Positions 37,568 through 47,857 of a stretch of 64,000 nt of DNA are shown piece by piece. A program made the translations under genes and the position numbers. Each line of letters starts with the position of its first letter. Position 1 is the first letter of the stretch. The notes below the pieces were generated by a model. The model was not told the DNA's origin. It was given only the letters and a program-made list of their open reading frames with translations, and did no database searches. The stretch comes from an uncultured bacterium (GTDB taxonomy: Bacteria; Bacteroidota; Ignavibacteria; Kapaibacteriales; UBA4661). Location: positions 9,269 through 73,268 of the forward strand of contig CALCNX010000075.1 of the NCBI GenBank assembly GCA_937899715.1, written 5' to 3'.

Positions 37568-39337
37568 ATGAATGCCTTGATATTGTCGTTTATTCCCGAA
37601 TCACTGCGCCGCGATGCCGACGAATTTCGCCGCGCCCGCTTAATCATCTCGGTTTCGTGGACGCTCTTTTTTGCTTCCCTCGCGCTCACCATCCAATCTG
37701 TCGTGATGAACATTTCATGGATTTTCGTGATGATATGGGTTCTTGGAGCAGCATTGTCGCTGTATAATCCGTTTGTCCTCCGCAATACTGCATCTCTTCG
37801 TCTGACAGGAAATATGATTCTAGCGGTGTCCGCACTAACTATTTTATTACACTGCTATATTCTGAACGACGGCTTGCGACTTGGGCTTTCACAGTATTTT
37901 TTTGTTGCTATTCCGCTTATGGCGGCATTATTCAATGGTGCCCGACAAGCAATCGCATGGACGGCAATATCATTCGTGCTGGTGTTGATACTTTTTGCTG
38001 CAAATATGCTTGGTGTGGCGTTCCCGCCCGTTTCCTTTCCACCTGAGTTGATGATGGTGCAGCGTCTTATCGGAACAACGGCTACGCTGCTGCTGATTTC
38101 GCTCCTATCGGTGCAGTCCATTCGCGCCAAGGACAATGCACTTAATTTGGCTGCGGAAATTCGTGCTGAAGCGGAGCGTAAAGCAGAGGAAGATTATCAA
38201 AAACTAAAAGAAATGAAGGCAAGCTCCGAAGCCCGTGCAGCCGATGATCTTCGCCGCTCAGAAGAGCAAAAGCAATACTTGACTCACAGCGTCGAAATGA
38301 TTTTGCAGCACATTCACCATATAGCTGGCGGAGATTTGACCGTGCGTGTGCCTGTGGAGTCGAGCGATGATATTGGTAAACTTGCTACCACACTCAACCG
38401 AACTATCGAAACCATCGAGCAGATGCTTGTTCGTGTAGCCGAGAGCGCTGACCGTACCATGTCTGCTGTTGCTGCTATTTCCGACACCACCGAAGAGCTT
38501 GCGGTTTCGTCCAATCGGCAGTCCACACAGGCGGGTCATGTTGCCAGCGCAGTGGAGGAAATGTCTGCCACGATTGAGGACTCAACCCAGCAAACATCGC
38601 TTGCAGCGCATGAAGCCGCACTTGCCAACGAAGATGCTCTGAGCGGCAACGCCACAATGCAAACAATGATGTCGAATGTGCGCAGCATCTCTGGCGTGGT
38701 CATTTCAACCGCAGAGCGCATTGAAGCTCTTGGCAAATCAAGCGAACAAATTGGAGAGATTGTGGAAGTGATTGACGAGATTGCCGACCAGACAAATCTA
38801 CTGGCGCTCAATGCAGCCATCGAAGCTGCCCGTGCCGGTGATCAGGGGCGTGGGTTTGCGGTAGTGGCAGACGAAGTGCGCAAACTCGCCGAGCGCACAC
38901 AAAAAGCAACGAAAGAAATCTCGGCTCGAATAAAAATTATTCAGAACGACACCGCCGATGCGGTCGGTTCTATGGGCGAGGGTACACGTCTGGTCAAGGA
39001 AGGCGAACAAGCAGTGAGCCGCACAGTGGAGGCGTTTGCGGCAATTCTGCAACGCACCGAGCGTGTGTCCGATGTGATGTCGCAGTTGGCGGGTGCTGCC
39101 GAAGAGCAAGCCGCGACGAGCAATTCAATGGCGCAAAGCGTGACCGATATTACGGGTGTGATTGAAGATGCCTCGCGTAGCGTCAGCAATATCGCCGACA
39201 GCACCGCAGGACTTCAACTGCAAGCCAATGAATTACGTCAGCTCATTGGGCAATTCCGCATTCAGCGAACGGGAAGTGCTTCCAAATCTTCGCAGCCCTT
39301 GCAAGGTGTGCCTAATAATAAGCGCCTGCTTGCCTAA
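37568..39337 (+). CDS. Methyl-accepting chemotaxis protein (polytopic membrane N-terminus, HAMP domain, MCP signalling domain).
   Basis: Multi-TM N-terminus, a HAMP-like segment ([30 protein letters not shown]) and the highly conserved MCP hairpin tip [36 protein letters not shown]. The start is chosen at MNALILSF; the ORF is open from 37163 through the kinase remnant. Confidence 0.8.
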   Translation: MNALILSFIPESLRRDADEFRRARLIISVSWTLFFASLALTIQSVVMNISWIFVMIWVLGAALSLYNPFVLRNTASLRLTGNMILAVSALTILLHCYILNDGLRLGLSQYFFVAIPLMAALFNGARQAIAWTAISFVLVLILFAANMLGVAFPPVSFPPELMMVQRLIGTTATLLLISLLSVQSIRAKDNALNLAAEIRAEAERKAEEDYQKLKEMKASSEARAADDLRRSEEQKQYLTHSVEMILQHIHHIAGGDLTVRVPVESSDDIGKLATTLNRTIETIEQMLVRVAESADRTMSAVAAISDTTEELAVSSNRQSTQAGHVASAVEEMSATIEDSTQQTSLAAHEAALANEDALSGNATMQTMMSNVRSISGVVISTAERIEALGKSSEQIGEIVEVIDEIADQTNLLALNAAIEAARAGDQGRGFAVVADEVRKLAERTQKATKEISARIKIIQNDTADAVGSMGEGTRLVKEGEQAVSRTVEAFAAILQRTERVSDVMSQLAGAAEEQAATSNSMAQSVTDITGVIEDASRSVSNIADSTAGLQLQANELRQLIGQFRIQRTGSASKSSQPLQGVPNNKRLLA

Positions 39338-39377
39338 TTCCAGTGCTTGATTTTTATACAAAAAACCTTGAACGCCC

Positions 39378-41534
39378 ATGGCTCAGAACACTACAAAATC
39401 AGCATCACAGGATTCCTCAACGGACTATGTGAAGTTTTATCATCAGGAAATAGCGCCTATTCCGGCACACGTTCAAGAGGCGTTGGAGAGTTCACCACTC
39501 AAGCCGGGAGCATTACCACCGTTTGCGGATGCTCACCGATTACAGGAAAAAGGGTATATGAGCGTAGAAACGGGCTATACCATAGAAACAGACGGCTCGG
39601 TTCATGTAGCGGTCTTGACCACAATGCCCGGCGTAACGCCTCAAATGTGGGATTGGTGGTTTGCGTGGCACGGCTGCTCGGCGAATCGCTATAAGCTGTG
39701 GCATCCGGGGGCGCACATAGACGCGCATTGGGAAGACGGTAGGAACGACATTGCCTACATCGGGCGCAATTCGATTATTGAGGAATATATTGGCAGTGAA
39801 AAAACAAAAGGCGCTGTCCAGTTCAAGTCGCCCACAGAGTTTGGTTTCTCCCACGAAGCGGTCAAGAACCTCAACGAAGCGGTGTACATCTGCGCCAATA
39901 TCGGACACGCTTCACTGCCGTTGGACTACGGGTACTTGATACATCAGGTTAGAGCCATTGAAGGCGGTGCAGAGATGCGTTCGCGCTTTTGGCTGGGCGG
40001 CGCTTACGTTCACATCCGAAAAGAAGGTGTTATTGCTGATATGGTTTCGGATGTTGCGCGAACAATGCAATCTGCTACCGAACAATTTGCAAAAGATTTA
40101 CTGCGGCACTGCGCAGAGGAAATGAATCATCTGGCAGCATTTCTGCCCGATATATATGCAGAGATGAACCCCCAAGGCGATACGCAAAGCGATGTCCTGC
40201 GTGTGCAAGGGCGCGTAGTGGAGCGCTCGGACAACGATTTTGAGGCTGTCATCATGGGGACGCTCTTCAATAAAATCAATCCCGGCAGAAGACCGGACAC
40301 AATCGTCGAACCCAGAACAGTGCAGGATATTATTACGACGGTCAAGTACGCACGGGCGCAGGGCAAAAAAATTACGGTCTGCTCCGGCGGGCATAGCTGG
40401 TCGGCGAATCATCTCCGAGAAAACAGCATTTTGATAACAATGTCCAAGTTCAACCATTACGAAATCAATGCACGGGAGATGACCGCAAAGGCAGAACCGG
40501 CGGTGGGTGGGAGCACATTGCTTGCGGCGCTGTACAAACAGAATTTGTTCTTTCCGGCGGGGCATTGTAAGGGCGTGTGCATCGGTGGTTACTTGCTCCA
40601 AGGTGGTTACGGCTGGAACGGCAGAAAAACTGGCATGGCGTGTGAAAATGTTATCGGTATGGACATCGTCACCGCAGACGGCGAGTTTGTCCATGCAAGC
40701 GCTACGGAGAATGCTGATTTATTCTGGTCTGCGCGTGGCTCCGGTGGCGGCTTCTTTGGGGTGGTGGTGTGTTTTTATTTGAAATTATCGGTGTTGCCGA
40801 AATATCGCGGAACGATTGGACACGTTTTCTCGATGAAGCATTTGGAAGATGTCTATCGGTGGGCGTATGAGGTTGGTCCGGCGGTGCCAAATGCGGTAGA
40901 ATTTCAGATGATAATGAGCAAAAATAAGTTGAATTTTCTTGGACCCGGTATTGAGGCATTCGCTACTATTTTTGCCGATACGAAGGAGGAATTTCACGAG
41001 GCAATGCAGTTTATGAAAACAAGCCCGATAAAGAAAAAAGCTCTTATCGTAACGCCAGCGCTCAACCCCAGCATCAATTTTATGTATCAATCCGTAATGA
41101 CGCATTATCCGGAGAATCGCCATTGGGGAGTAGATAATATGTGGACACACGCGCCCATTGATGATTTGATACTGTTTATGAAAGAAATTGCTGCCACGCT
41201 GCCGCCACCGCCTTCGCACGTGTTGTGGCTGAATTGGTATCCCAACATGGCCCGGCAGGATATGGTCTATTCCAACGAGGACAATATCTATTTGGCGCTG
41301 TACAGCACCTGGAAATCTGCTGCGGAAACCGCTAGGTACGGGGACTGGGCAATGAGCATGATGAAAAAAATGTCGCATCTTGCCACTGGAATTCAACTGG
41401 CAGATGAAGGTTTACACAAACGGGCAGCACCATTTTTATCCGATGAGAATATGAAAAAATTGCAAACAATACGGACACAACGCGACCCAAATGGGCTGTT
41501 CCACGAATGGCACAGCAAGCCTGAAATGGCGTAA
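39378..41534 (+). CDS. Two-domain oxidoreductase: an N-terminal domain of about 250 aa of unknown function fused to an FAD-binding (PCMH-type, FAD-linked oxidase) domain.
   Basis: FAD_binding_4-like motifs (ITVCSGGHSWSANHL...; GVCIGGYLLQGGYGWNGRKTGMACENVIGMDIVTADGEFV; FWSARGSGGGFFGVVVCFYLK). Confidence 0.75.
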   Translation: MAQNTTKSASQDSSTDYVKFYHQEIAPIPAHVQEALESSPLKPGALPPFADAHRLQEKGYMSVETGYTIETDGSVHVAVLTTMPGVTPQMWDWWFAWHGCSANRYKLWHPGAHIDAHWEDGRNDIAYIGRNSIIEEYIGSEKTKGAVQFKSPTEFGFSHEAVKNLNEAVYICANIGHASLPLDYGYLIHQVRAIEGGAEMRSRFWLGGAYVHIRKEGVIADMVSDVARTMQSATEQFAKDLLRHCAEEMNHLAAFLPDIYAEMNPQGDTQSDVLRVQGRVVERSDNDFEAVIMGTLFNKINPGRRPDTIVEPRTVQDIITTVKYARAQGKKITVCSGGHSWSANHLRENSILITMSKFNHYEINAREMTAKAEPAVGGSTLLAALYKQNLFFPAGHCKGVCIGGYLLQGGYGWNGRKTGMACENVIGMDIVTADGEFVHASATENADLFWSARGSGGGFFGVVVCFYLKLSVLPKYRGTIGHVFSMKHLEDVYRWAYEVGPAVPNAVEFQMIMSKNKLNFLGPGIEAFATIFADTKEEFHEAMQFMKTSPIKKKALIVTPALNPSINFMYQSVMTHYPENRHWGVDNMWTHAPIDDLILFMKEIAATLPPPPSHVLWLNWYPNMARQDMVYSNEDNIYLALYSTWKSAAETARYGDWAMSMMKKMSHLATGIQLADEGLHKRAAPFLSDENMKKLQTIRTQRDPNGLFHEWHSKPEMA

Positions 41535-41595
41535 TGTTGTTGCGAAGGGTAGAGTGTAGCAAGTCATAATAACTGAAAAAGTACGCTTTTGCTAA

Positions 41596-41732
41596 CAATT
41601 CCCCTCTTTGGAACAAAGAGGGGTGTACGAGCGGTAGCGAGGACGAGGTGTTGCTTCGTGCATTGCTAACGAACTACCCCGTCAGCCTGCTTCGCTCCGG
41701 CTGACACCCCTTCACATCGTGAAGGGGAATTT
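41596..41732. repeat. Pair of related strong hairpins in inverted orientation that flank about 75 bp. The position fits a terminator for the FAD-oxidase gene or a leader for the next kinase gene.
   Basis: The first hairpin is cccctctttg-gaa-caaagagggg (41601-41623). The second is ccccttcac-atc-gtgaagggg (41707-41727). Both share the flanks acacccc...ggggaatt in opposite orientation. Confidence 0.65.
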
Positions 41733-41784
41733 TAGAAAGCGGAACTTCAGTTAATTCAGCGCAAATATCTTTCTTCTTCACGCT

Positions 41785-43971
41785 ATGAAATGGTTGTACA
41801 CGTTGTTGATAGGGGCTGTTGTTCTGCTCCCTTCTTCTGTTGTCTTTGCTCAATCGCCCACTGCTTTTGCTGAGCGCGATAGCATTCGTGCTTCGGTGGA
41901 TTCTGTCTTGTCCCTGCGCCCGGCGGGAGATGTACAGACCGTTACTGCCTTGACGCGCCTTGCATGGATTGAATTTGGAGTGCATCCTGAAACATCGCTT
42001 GAGTACGCGCGGCGGGCTGTTCAGATGGCGGAAAAAATGGCATTACAACGAGAATTGGCAAATGCCCTCACGAGCGCAGCCGCTAACTATCGTCTCTCCG
42101 ACGGCTATGACAGTGCTTTGGCGGCAAGCAAAAGGGCATGGAAAATCTATTCCACACTTGCCGATACTGCCGCAAGTGCTGATGCGCTGGACAACATCGG
42201 CGGCACGTACCAAAGTCGTGGTGAGTACGCGCGGGCGCTTGATTACTACTTTCAGGCATTGGCTCTCTACGAAGCCTCGCGTAATGAACAAGGTATTGCG
42301 CGTGTGCTGGCAAATATTGGCGTGGCATATACGCTTGTCGGGCAGTTCAGCACTGCGCACAATTATCACGACCGGGCGCTCGCTATCCGCGAGAGGCTGC
42401 ATGAACAGCACAATAGCGATGCGCTTGCCTATTCGCTTTATTTTCTGGGCAATCTCTATCAAGCCGAACATCAATTTACTGAGGCAATACGCCTGTACAC
42501 CCGTGCCTTGAGTATTTTCGACAAATTTCACAACCAGCACGGAACTGCTCTCACGCTTGGTGAACTTGGACGGGTGCAGATGATTACTGAGCGTTACGGT
42601 GAGGCACAAACAACCCTGCTGAATGCTTTTTTGCGCTTTCAAGACATCGGAGATAAACGCAGCGCCGCTCGTGCTCTCAATGCTCTGGCTACTGCCGATA
42701 ATTACACTCGCAATCACCATGAAGCGATTGACAATGCCACACAAGCGCTGGAGATTGCCCAAGCAATCGGTGCGCTGCGCGAGGAGCGCGATGCGGCGGA
42801 AGTGCTTGCCAATGCGCACGAGGCATTGCATGAGACGGACGCAGCCCTTCGGTGGTATCGCCGTTTTATGCGATTAAATGATTCGCTCTTCAGCAATGAC
42901 GGTACGCAGCGCATAGCGGCATTGCAGCTTCAGTACGCCACTGAGCAGAAAAATATGGAAATACGCCACATCGAAGAGCAGAAGCGCACGGACGAGGCGC
43001 ACGCCCGCACGACGCGCAACGGCTTGCTGCTGGGTATTGGCGGGTTACTCGTGGCGCTTATTGCGATTGTGAATCGGTATCGTCTCAAACGCCGCTCAGA
43101 GAAAGGGCTTCGGCAAATAAACGCTCATATCATGCGGCAGCAGGAGAAGCTGGAAGCACAGGCGCACGAAATATTTCACACCAACGCCGAACTTTCGGCA
43201 GCGAATGAACGTTTGGCATTGCAGAATCTCGACCTCATTGCACTCAACGAGCAAAAAAATGAATTTCTGGGAATCGCTGCGCACGACCTTCGCAACCCGC
43301 TTGCAAACATTATGACCGTCGGGTCGTTGCTACGGGAAGATTTGGCAAACTATGAAGCCGAACTGCCGCCAGAGACCGTACCACTACCGCCGTCCGCCGT
43401 GTGGGGCACACGCACAATAGAAACCTCTGCCGCCAAAATGCTGCATCTGGTGGAAAATCTGCTGGATGTGAATGCGTTGGAACGTGGCGCTATCAATCTT
43501 ACACTTGAGTCGGTGGATATTGCGCAGCTTGCCGAAGCCTCGCTAGAGCGCTTTCGCCATGCAGCTCAGGCAAAGTCCATCACATTGCAACGAGAGATAA
43601 TGCCTCATGGAAAGAAAGAAGCATTGGCACTCGCTGATAGGGGATACGCCGAACAAGTGCTGGAGAATCTTGTATCGAATGCGATAAAGTATTCGCCGCA
43701 TGGGAAGGGCGTTATGGTGCGCGTCAATGCAGATAATGGTATTGTTCGCGTGGAGGTGCAGGACGAGGGACCGGGCTTAAGCGAGAGCGACAAAGCGCGT
43801 CTCTTCGGTACATTTGCTCGTCTCTCTGCGCTGCCGACTGGCGGCGAACAGAGTACGGGATTGGGACTGAGCATCGTGAAAAAATTAGTGGAATCCATGA
43901 AGGGGCGCGTGTGGTGCGAATCGGAGTTGGGCAAGGGAGCAACGTTTATTGTGGAGCTGCCACAAGCATAG
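41785..43971 (+). CDS. TPR-repeat sensor histidine kinase (signal peptide, TPR repeats, TM helix, shared transmitter module).
   Basis: Signal peptide MKWLYTLLIGAVVLLPSSVVFAQ, TPR-like repeats (ALDYYFQALALYE; AIRLYTRALSIFD), a TM helix (LLLGIGGLLVALIAIV), the H-box EFLGIAAHDLRNPL and the C-terminus [52 protein letters not shown]. Confidence 0.85.
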   Translation: MKWLYTLLIGAVVLLPSSVVFAQSPTAFAERDSIRASVDSVLSLRPAGDVQTVTALTRLAWIEFGVHPETSLEYARRAVQMAEKMALQRELANALTSAAANYRLSDGYDSALAASKRAWKIYSTLADTAASADALDNIGGTYQSRGEYARALDYYFQALALYEASRNEQGIARVLANIGVAYTLVGQFSTAHNYHDRALAIRERLHEQHNSDALAYSLYFLGNLYQAEHQFTEAIRLYTRALSIFDKFHNQHGTALTLGELGRVQMITERYGEAQTTLLNAFLRFQDIGDKRSAARALNALATADNYTRNHHEAIDNATQALEIAQAIGALREERDAAEVLANAHEALHETDAALRWYRRFMRLNDSLFSNDGTQRIAALQLQYATEQKNMEIRHIEEQKRTDEAHARTTRNGLLLGIGGLLVALIAIVNRYRLKRRSEKGLRQINAHIMRQQEKLEAQAHEIFHTNAELSAANERLALQNLDLIALNEQKNEFLGIAAHDLRNPLANIMTVGSLLREDLANYEAELPPETVPLPPSAVWGTRTIETSAAKMLHLVENLLDVNALERGAINLTLESVDIAQLAEASLERFRHAAQAKSITLQREIMPHGKKEALALADRGYAEQVLENLVSNAIKYSPHGKGVMVRVNADNGIVRVEVQDEGPGLSESDKARLFGTFARLSALPTGGEQSTGLGLSIVKKLVESMKGRVWCESELGKGATFIVELPQA

Positions 43972-44082
43972 ACGGTGCAAATGTAAAAAAGTGAAAATAT
44001 TCGTTGGCAAAAGGGAATCCTTGTACGATATTGCGGCATAAATCATTGTTTGTGCAACCGTATTAAACCTATTAACAAGCCA

Positions 44083-44319
44083 ATGACACTCAGAGAATTT
44101 CTTATTACGCTTGCAACCGACGCAAATCAGCTGGCTGCTTTCAAGGCGAACAAAGATAAGTCCATGCAGGATGCGGGACTGACCCCTGAAGAACAGGCAT
44201 TAGTGAAGGGGCATGATGAAGACCTCATACGGAAGTATATCCAAGAGCAAGAACCAGATGCTCCTCAAGCATTTCCTTTTATGGCTAACGGTGCTGCAAA
44301 ACCGCCGGAGCAGAGATAA
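44083..44319 (+). CDS. Candidate split-borosin precursor peptide (SonA-like): an N-terminal helical borosin-binding domain and a C-terminal putative core (...EPDAPQAFPFMANGAAKPPEQR). The ORF-track start is 44050.
   Basis: MTLREFLITLATDANQLAAFKANKDKSMQDAGLTPEEQALVKGHDEDLIRKYI resembles the Shewanella SonA N-terminal domain (DFFTQLGQDAQLMEDYKQNPEAVMRAHGLTDEQINAVMTGDMEKLKTL) as I recall it. The shared pattern is F..L..DA.L....K.N....M...GLT.EQ..AV..GD.E.L. The gene ends 6 nt before the methyltransferase ORF. Confidence 0.55.
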   Translation: MTLREFLITLATDANQLAAFKANKDKSMQDAGLTPEEQALVKGHDEDLIRKYIQEQEPDAPQAFPFMANGAAKPPEQR

Positions 44320-44324
44320 CTGTT

Positions 44325-45116
44325 ATGACTGATGAACGTTTGGTTGTGATTGGTACGGGTATTCGGCTTGTGGGGCAGTTAACCGTGGAAAGTACTGCAT
44401 GGATTAAGTGTGGCGAGCGCATTTTTCATATTGCCGACGACCCGCTTATTGTTGCCCTCTTGTCCAACATTAATCCTTCGGCAGAATTGTCAGCGCTTAC
44501 TCATCTTTATGGTGAGAATAAATCCCGTGCGGAGACCTACGAAGCAATGGTGCAAACAATTATGGAAAGCGTTCGCAAGCCCGGATTGACGGTCTGTACG
44601 TTCTATGGTCATCCGGGCGTGATGGCGTACCCGGGGCATGAAGCTATCCGTCGCTCCCGACTGGAGGGCTTCAAAGCCCGAATGTTGCCTGCGGTGTCAG
44701 CAGAGGACTGTCTTTTTGCTGATTTGGGATTGGATCATGCCATGACAGGCTACCAAACCTACGAGGCTACTGATTTTCTCTGGAACGACCGTCGTTTAGA
44801 CCTCTCAAGCCATCTTGTGCTCTGGCAGATAGGTGCTGTGGGTGATTTGACCTTTCACGAAGGAGAATACAATTTGTCGGCATTGCCTCTTCTTGTGGAA
44901 AAATTGCTTCGGTGGTACCCGCCTTCTCATGAAGTAACGGTGTATGAAGCGGCTGTGATGATAGATTGTGAGCCGCATATCCGCAAAGTCCCTCTTGGAG
45001 AGCTTCGAGCAAATGTCGTATCGGCTCGTTCTACACTTTCAGTACCTCCGGCAGCAGCCGTGAAAGCTGACCGTAGTATGTATGAGCGCTATAAGGCATT
45101 ATCTCACGGAGGGTAA
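44325..45116 (+). CDS. Borosin-type peptide alpha-N-methyltransferase of the OphMA/SonM family, which has a tetrapyrrole-methylase-like fold.
   Basis: The translation ([34 protein letters not shown]...[76 protein letters not shown]...[28 protein letters not shown]) aligns without gaps to the Omphalotus OphMA methyltransferase domain recalled from memory (TIVGTGIESIGQMTLQALSYIEAAAKVFYCVIDP...[76 protein letters not shown]...YEASDFLIRDRPVSIHSHLVLFQVGCVG). Confidence 0.75.
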   Translation: [263 protein letters not shown]

Positions 45117-45252
45117 AGAAATTACTTTTCGCCCAACTATGTGAGTCTTCCTGTTCTAAAAAAGGTAGGACACTATAACAAAATCTTCTTTGCTATGCAC
45201 TTTGAGGGAGAGAGTCTTCCTCAGCATTTCCAATAAGAATTAAAGCGTTTGT

Positions 45253-47616
45253 ATGTTTTCTTCACAACGCTCTCCTTATACTACCTTCGCATTCTTTATC
45301 CTCTCCGGTTTGTTGTTGGTATTCTCATCACTGCCTTCTTTTGCTCATCTATTTTTCCCGTCCGATTCACGAGATTCTTCTGCCAATAGTATTATCACTC
45401 ATGATTCTCTTGGTGTTATAGAATTTGGTATTGACGGGAAGCCCTCCACACGCCATGTTACTGCTAAAACACAATACTGGATAGACACTGCGCAAACCAT
45501 GACGATTCAGCGCCTGATGCAATCGTCCAGCAATACACGAAGTTTTCATAAAGCTGCTACATCCTCAATACTTTTGGGAAACGGGCATCGTGTAGTATGG
45601 ATACAATTCGTAGTGCAGAGACTTCCTATGCAGGATGAATTGAAGCGACTCGCCGACAGTATCGGGAGTGATAGTATTAAAAATCAGGGTATCAGAGATA
45701 GTAGTGTGAGTGCTATAAATGTAGCTCAAGCAAGACTTGGCGAGGCTCTTCGCCCGTGGGTTCTACTCTTGGAGAATAGGTCTGCCGATAGTGTAGAGTT
45801 CTATATGACTCGTGGGGATTCAATTCTTTATTCAGATACAGTCGGCTATTCCGTGGCATATTCTCGTTGGCATATACCTGCAATGAAGATAGCTTTTCCG
45901 CTTCCTGTGGGTACTGGCGAGAGAATTGTATGCTACGTGCGTATGCGCATGAATGGAGTAATGTATTACGGAGTTTCTTTACAGCCCGAAAGGCAGTTTG
46001 CCGAAAGAACGTTCAACTTTAAGTTGCCACTTTTTTTATTTTATGGTGTTACGCTTTTCGCCGCTATCTTTAGTCTGCTCTCGTGGATTCTCACGCGCAG
46101 CAGATATTATGGGCTGTACGCATTTTATATCGTGTGTCTGGCGTTGAGCATCAGCATTGATGCAGGACATTTTTATCAGGTCTTCGAGGTTTCCATGCCT
46201 CATCTGAACAATCGGCTTTACATTCTCTCGTGGCTGGCAAGTATGGCAATGGGGGTGTTTTTCGTATGGGAATTTGTGCGGGAGCAGCATAGTATCGCCA
46301 TACCAAAGATATGGGAGTGGCTGGCATACTTGTTTTGGGCGTGTTGTCTGGTGGCATTGGTCGCCGAATTTGTTGATATGCGAGGGGTCACGCTCAACGT
46401 TCTGTACTATTCATATTTAGCGCTGGCAGTGCCGACCACACTTGGCATGAGTTTTTCCGCATGGCGTGCCGGCTACCGTCCGGCGCTGTATGTGTTCGTG
46501 GCACGGGCAATCGTTGAGTTTGGGATTGCCGCAAATTCGCTTGCTGCACTGGGTGTGCTGTCCTATTCTTCCATTTGGATAAGCCAAATTTCACTTCTTG
46601 TTCCGGCAGTAGAAATGATGCTCATGGGGCTGGCGCTGGCAGACCGCATCACCGTTCTTCAGCGTCTAAAGCAAGAAGCGGAGCGCAGAGCACTTCAGGG
46701 CGAACTCTACCGCGTCCAAAATGAAGAGCTTTCGGCTGCGAATGAAGAAATCAGCCGCCAGCAAAGCGAAATCATGCAGCAAGCAATGGAACTACAAGAG
46801 ATGAACACACAGGTAACGCTGCTTAATGATGAATTGCAACAACAGAACGCTGAACTTGCCGAGGCGAACCGCGAAAAAAGCGAGATTCTGAACATTGTGG
46901 CGCACGACCTGAAAAACCCCATCGGCAGTGTGCGCGGCATGGCAGAGTTGATTGAAACAGGGTTCATCGGCGATACGGAAAAAACGGCAAGCGCAGCAAA
47001 GCAGATTATCGGCACATCCGAACGGATGCTGGATTTGGTAAAGAAGCTCCTCGACATCAATATGCTGGAATCCGGCGCTTTTCAGATGGATTTTTATGCG
47101 TTCGATATTATTCCCCTTCTGGATATGCTGGTGGAACAGTACACCGCTCCTGCTGCCGCAAAGCAGATTGCGATTCGCTGTGAATATCAGATTTCTCGCG
47201 GTATCATTCTTGCCAATGAGCAAGCCGTTATGCAGATTCTGGACAATATCGTTTCTAATGCAGTGAAATACTCGCCACACGGGAAAAACATAGTTGTAAG
47301 GATAAAGGCTGCGGGCGAAACGGTGGAAGATGTAACAGAGAATGTTGTCCCTTCTCCTTCGTCATTTGTGCGCATCGAAGTACAGGACGAGGGACCCGGA
47401 CTGAGCGAAGACGATAAAGCCAAGCTCTTCGGCAAATTTGTACGCCTTTCCGCGCAGCCTACGGGCGGCGAACATTCTACAGGGCTGGGACTTAGCATCG
47501 TCAAAAGAATGGTCGAGGCGATGAAAGGAGAGGTGTGGTGCGAATCTGAGCGAGGAGAAGGGGCAACGTTTATTGTACAATTACCAATTTCTGTGTCGGA
47601 AGCGTCATCTTCGTGA
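45253..47616 (+). CDS. Sensor histidine kinase of the 7TMR-DISM type (extracellular 7TMR-DISMED2-like domain plus 7 TM helices) with the shared transmitter module.
   Basis: Signal peptide, an extracellular domain of about 230 aa, seven hydrophobic helices (LPLFLFYGVTLFAAIFSLLSWIL ... ISLLVPAVEMMLMGLALA), a coiled coil, the H-box EILNIVAHDLKNPI and the C-terminus GKFVRLSAQPTGGEHSTGLGLSIVKRMVEAMKGEVWCESERGEGATFIVQLP. Confidence 0.85.
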   Translation: MFSSQRSPYTTFAFFILSGLLLVFSSLPSFAHLFFPSDSRDSSANSIITHDSLGVIEFGIDGKPSTRHVTAKTQYWIDTAQTMTIQRLMQSSSNTRSFHKAATSSILLGNGHRVVWIQFVVQRLPMQDELKRLADSIGSDSIKNQGIRDSSVSAINVAQARLGEALRPWVLLLENRSADSVEFYMTRGDSILYSDTVGYSVAYSRWHIPAMKIAFPLPVGTGERIVCYVRMRMNGVMYYGVSLQPERQFAERTFNFKLPLFLFYGVTLFAAIFSLLSWILTRSRYYGLYAFYIVCLALSISIDAGHFYQVFEVSMPHLNNRLYILSWLASMAMGVFFVWEFVREQHSIAIPKIWEWLAYLFWACCLVALVAEFVDMRGVTLNVLYYSYLALAVPTTLGMSFSAWRAGYRPALYVFVARAIVEFGIAANSLAALGVLSYSSIWISQISLLVPAVEMMLMGLALADRITVLQRLKQEAERRALQGELYRVQNEELSAANEEISRQQSEIMQQAMELQEMNTQVTLLNDELQQQNAELAEANREKSEILNIVAHDLKNPIGSVRGMAELIETGFIGDTEKTASAAKQIIGTSERMLDLVKKLLDINMLESGAFQMDFYAFDIIPLLDMLVEQYTAPAAAKQIAIRCEYQISRGIILANEQAVMQILDNIVSNAVKYSPHGKNIVVRIKAAGETVEDVTENVVPSPSSFVRIEVQDEGPGLSEDDKAKLFGKFVRLSAQPTGGEHSTGLGLSIVKRMVEAMKGEVWCESERGEGATFIVQLPISVSEASSS

Positions 47617-47652
47617 AATATCGTTAGGGCTTGGCGGCGTTCATCGAAGGGT

Positions 47653-47720
47653 GGAGTGCGGAATTTATTCCGCAACAAAATAAGATAGAATCTTGGTAGG
47701 CGGAATAAATTCCGCACTCC
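47653..47720. repeat. Hairpin repeat (ggagtgcggaatttattccgc ... gcggaataaattccgcactcc) of the same family as the middle inverted repeat of 4455..4777. It sits 37 nt downstream of a kinase stop codon, the same offset as the other copy.
   Basis: Read directly from the sequence. The shared upstream motif gttagggctt lies at 47624-47633 (compare 4456-4465). Confidence 0.8.
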
Positions 47721-47857
47721 CAATCTGTTTTTTTGCAAAAACCGTTGCTTTGTTTCAATGTCGACCCGATGTGTTTCTTAGAGATTCAATGTAACTTTTT
47801 CTTGCTGGCGTTGTTCTCTGTCCTTTCATGTTTTTTTTGCACTATTCACACCACACT

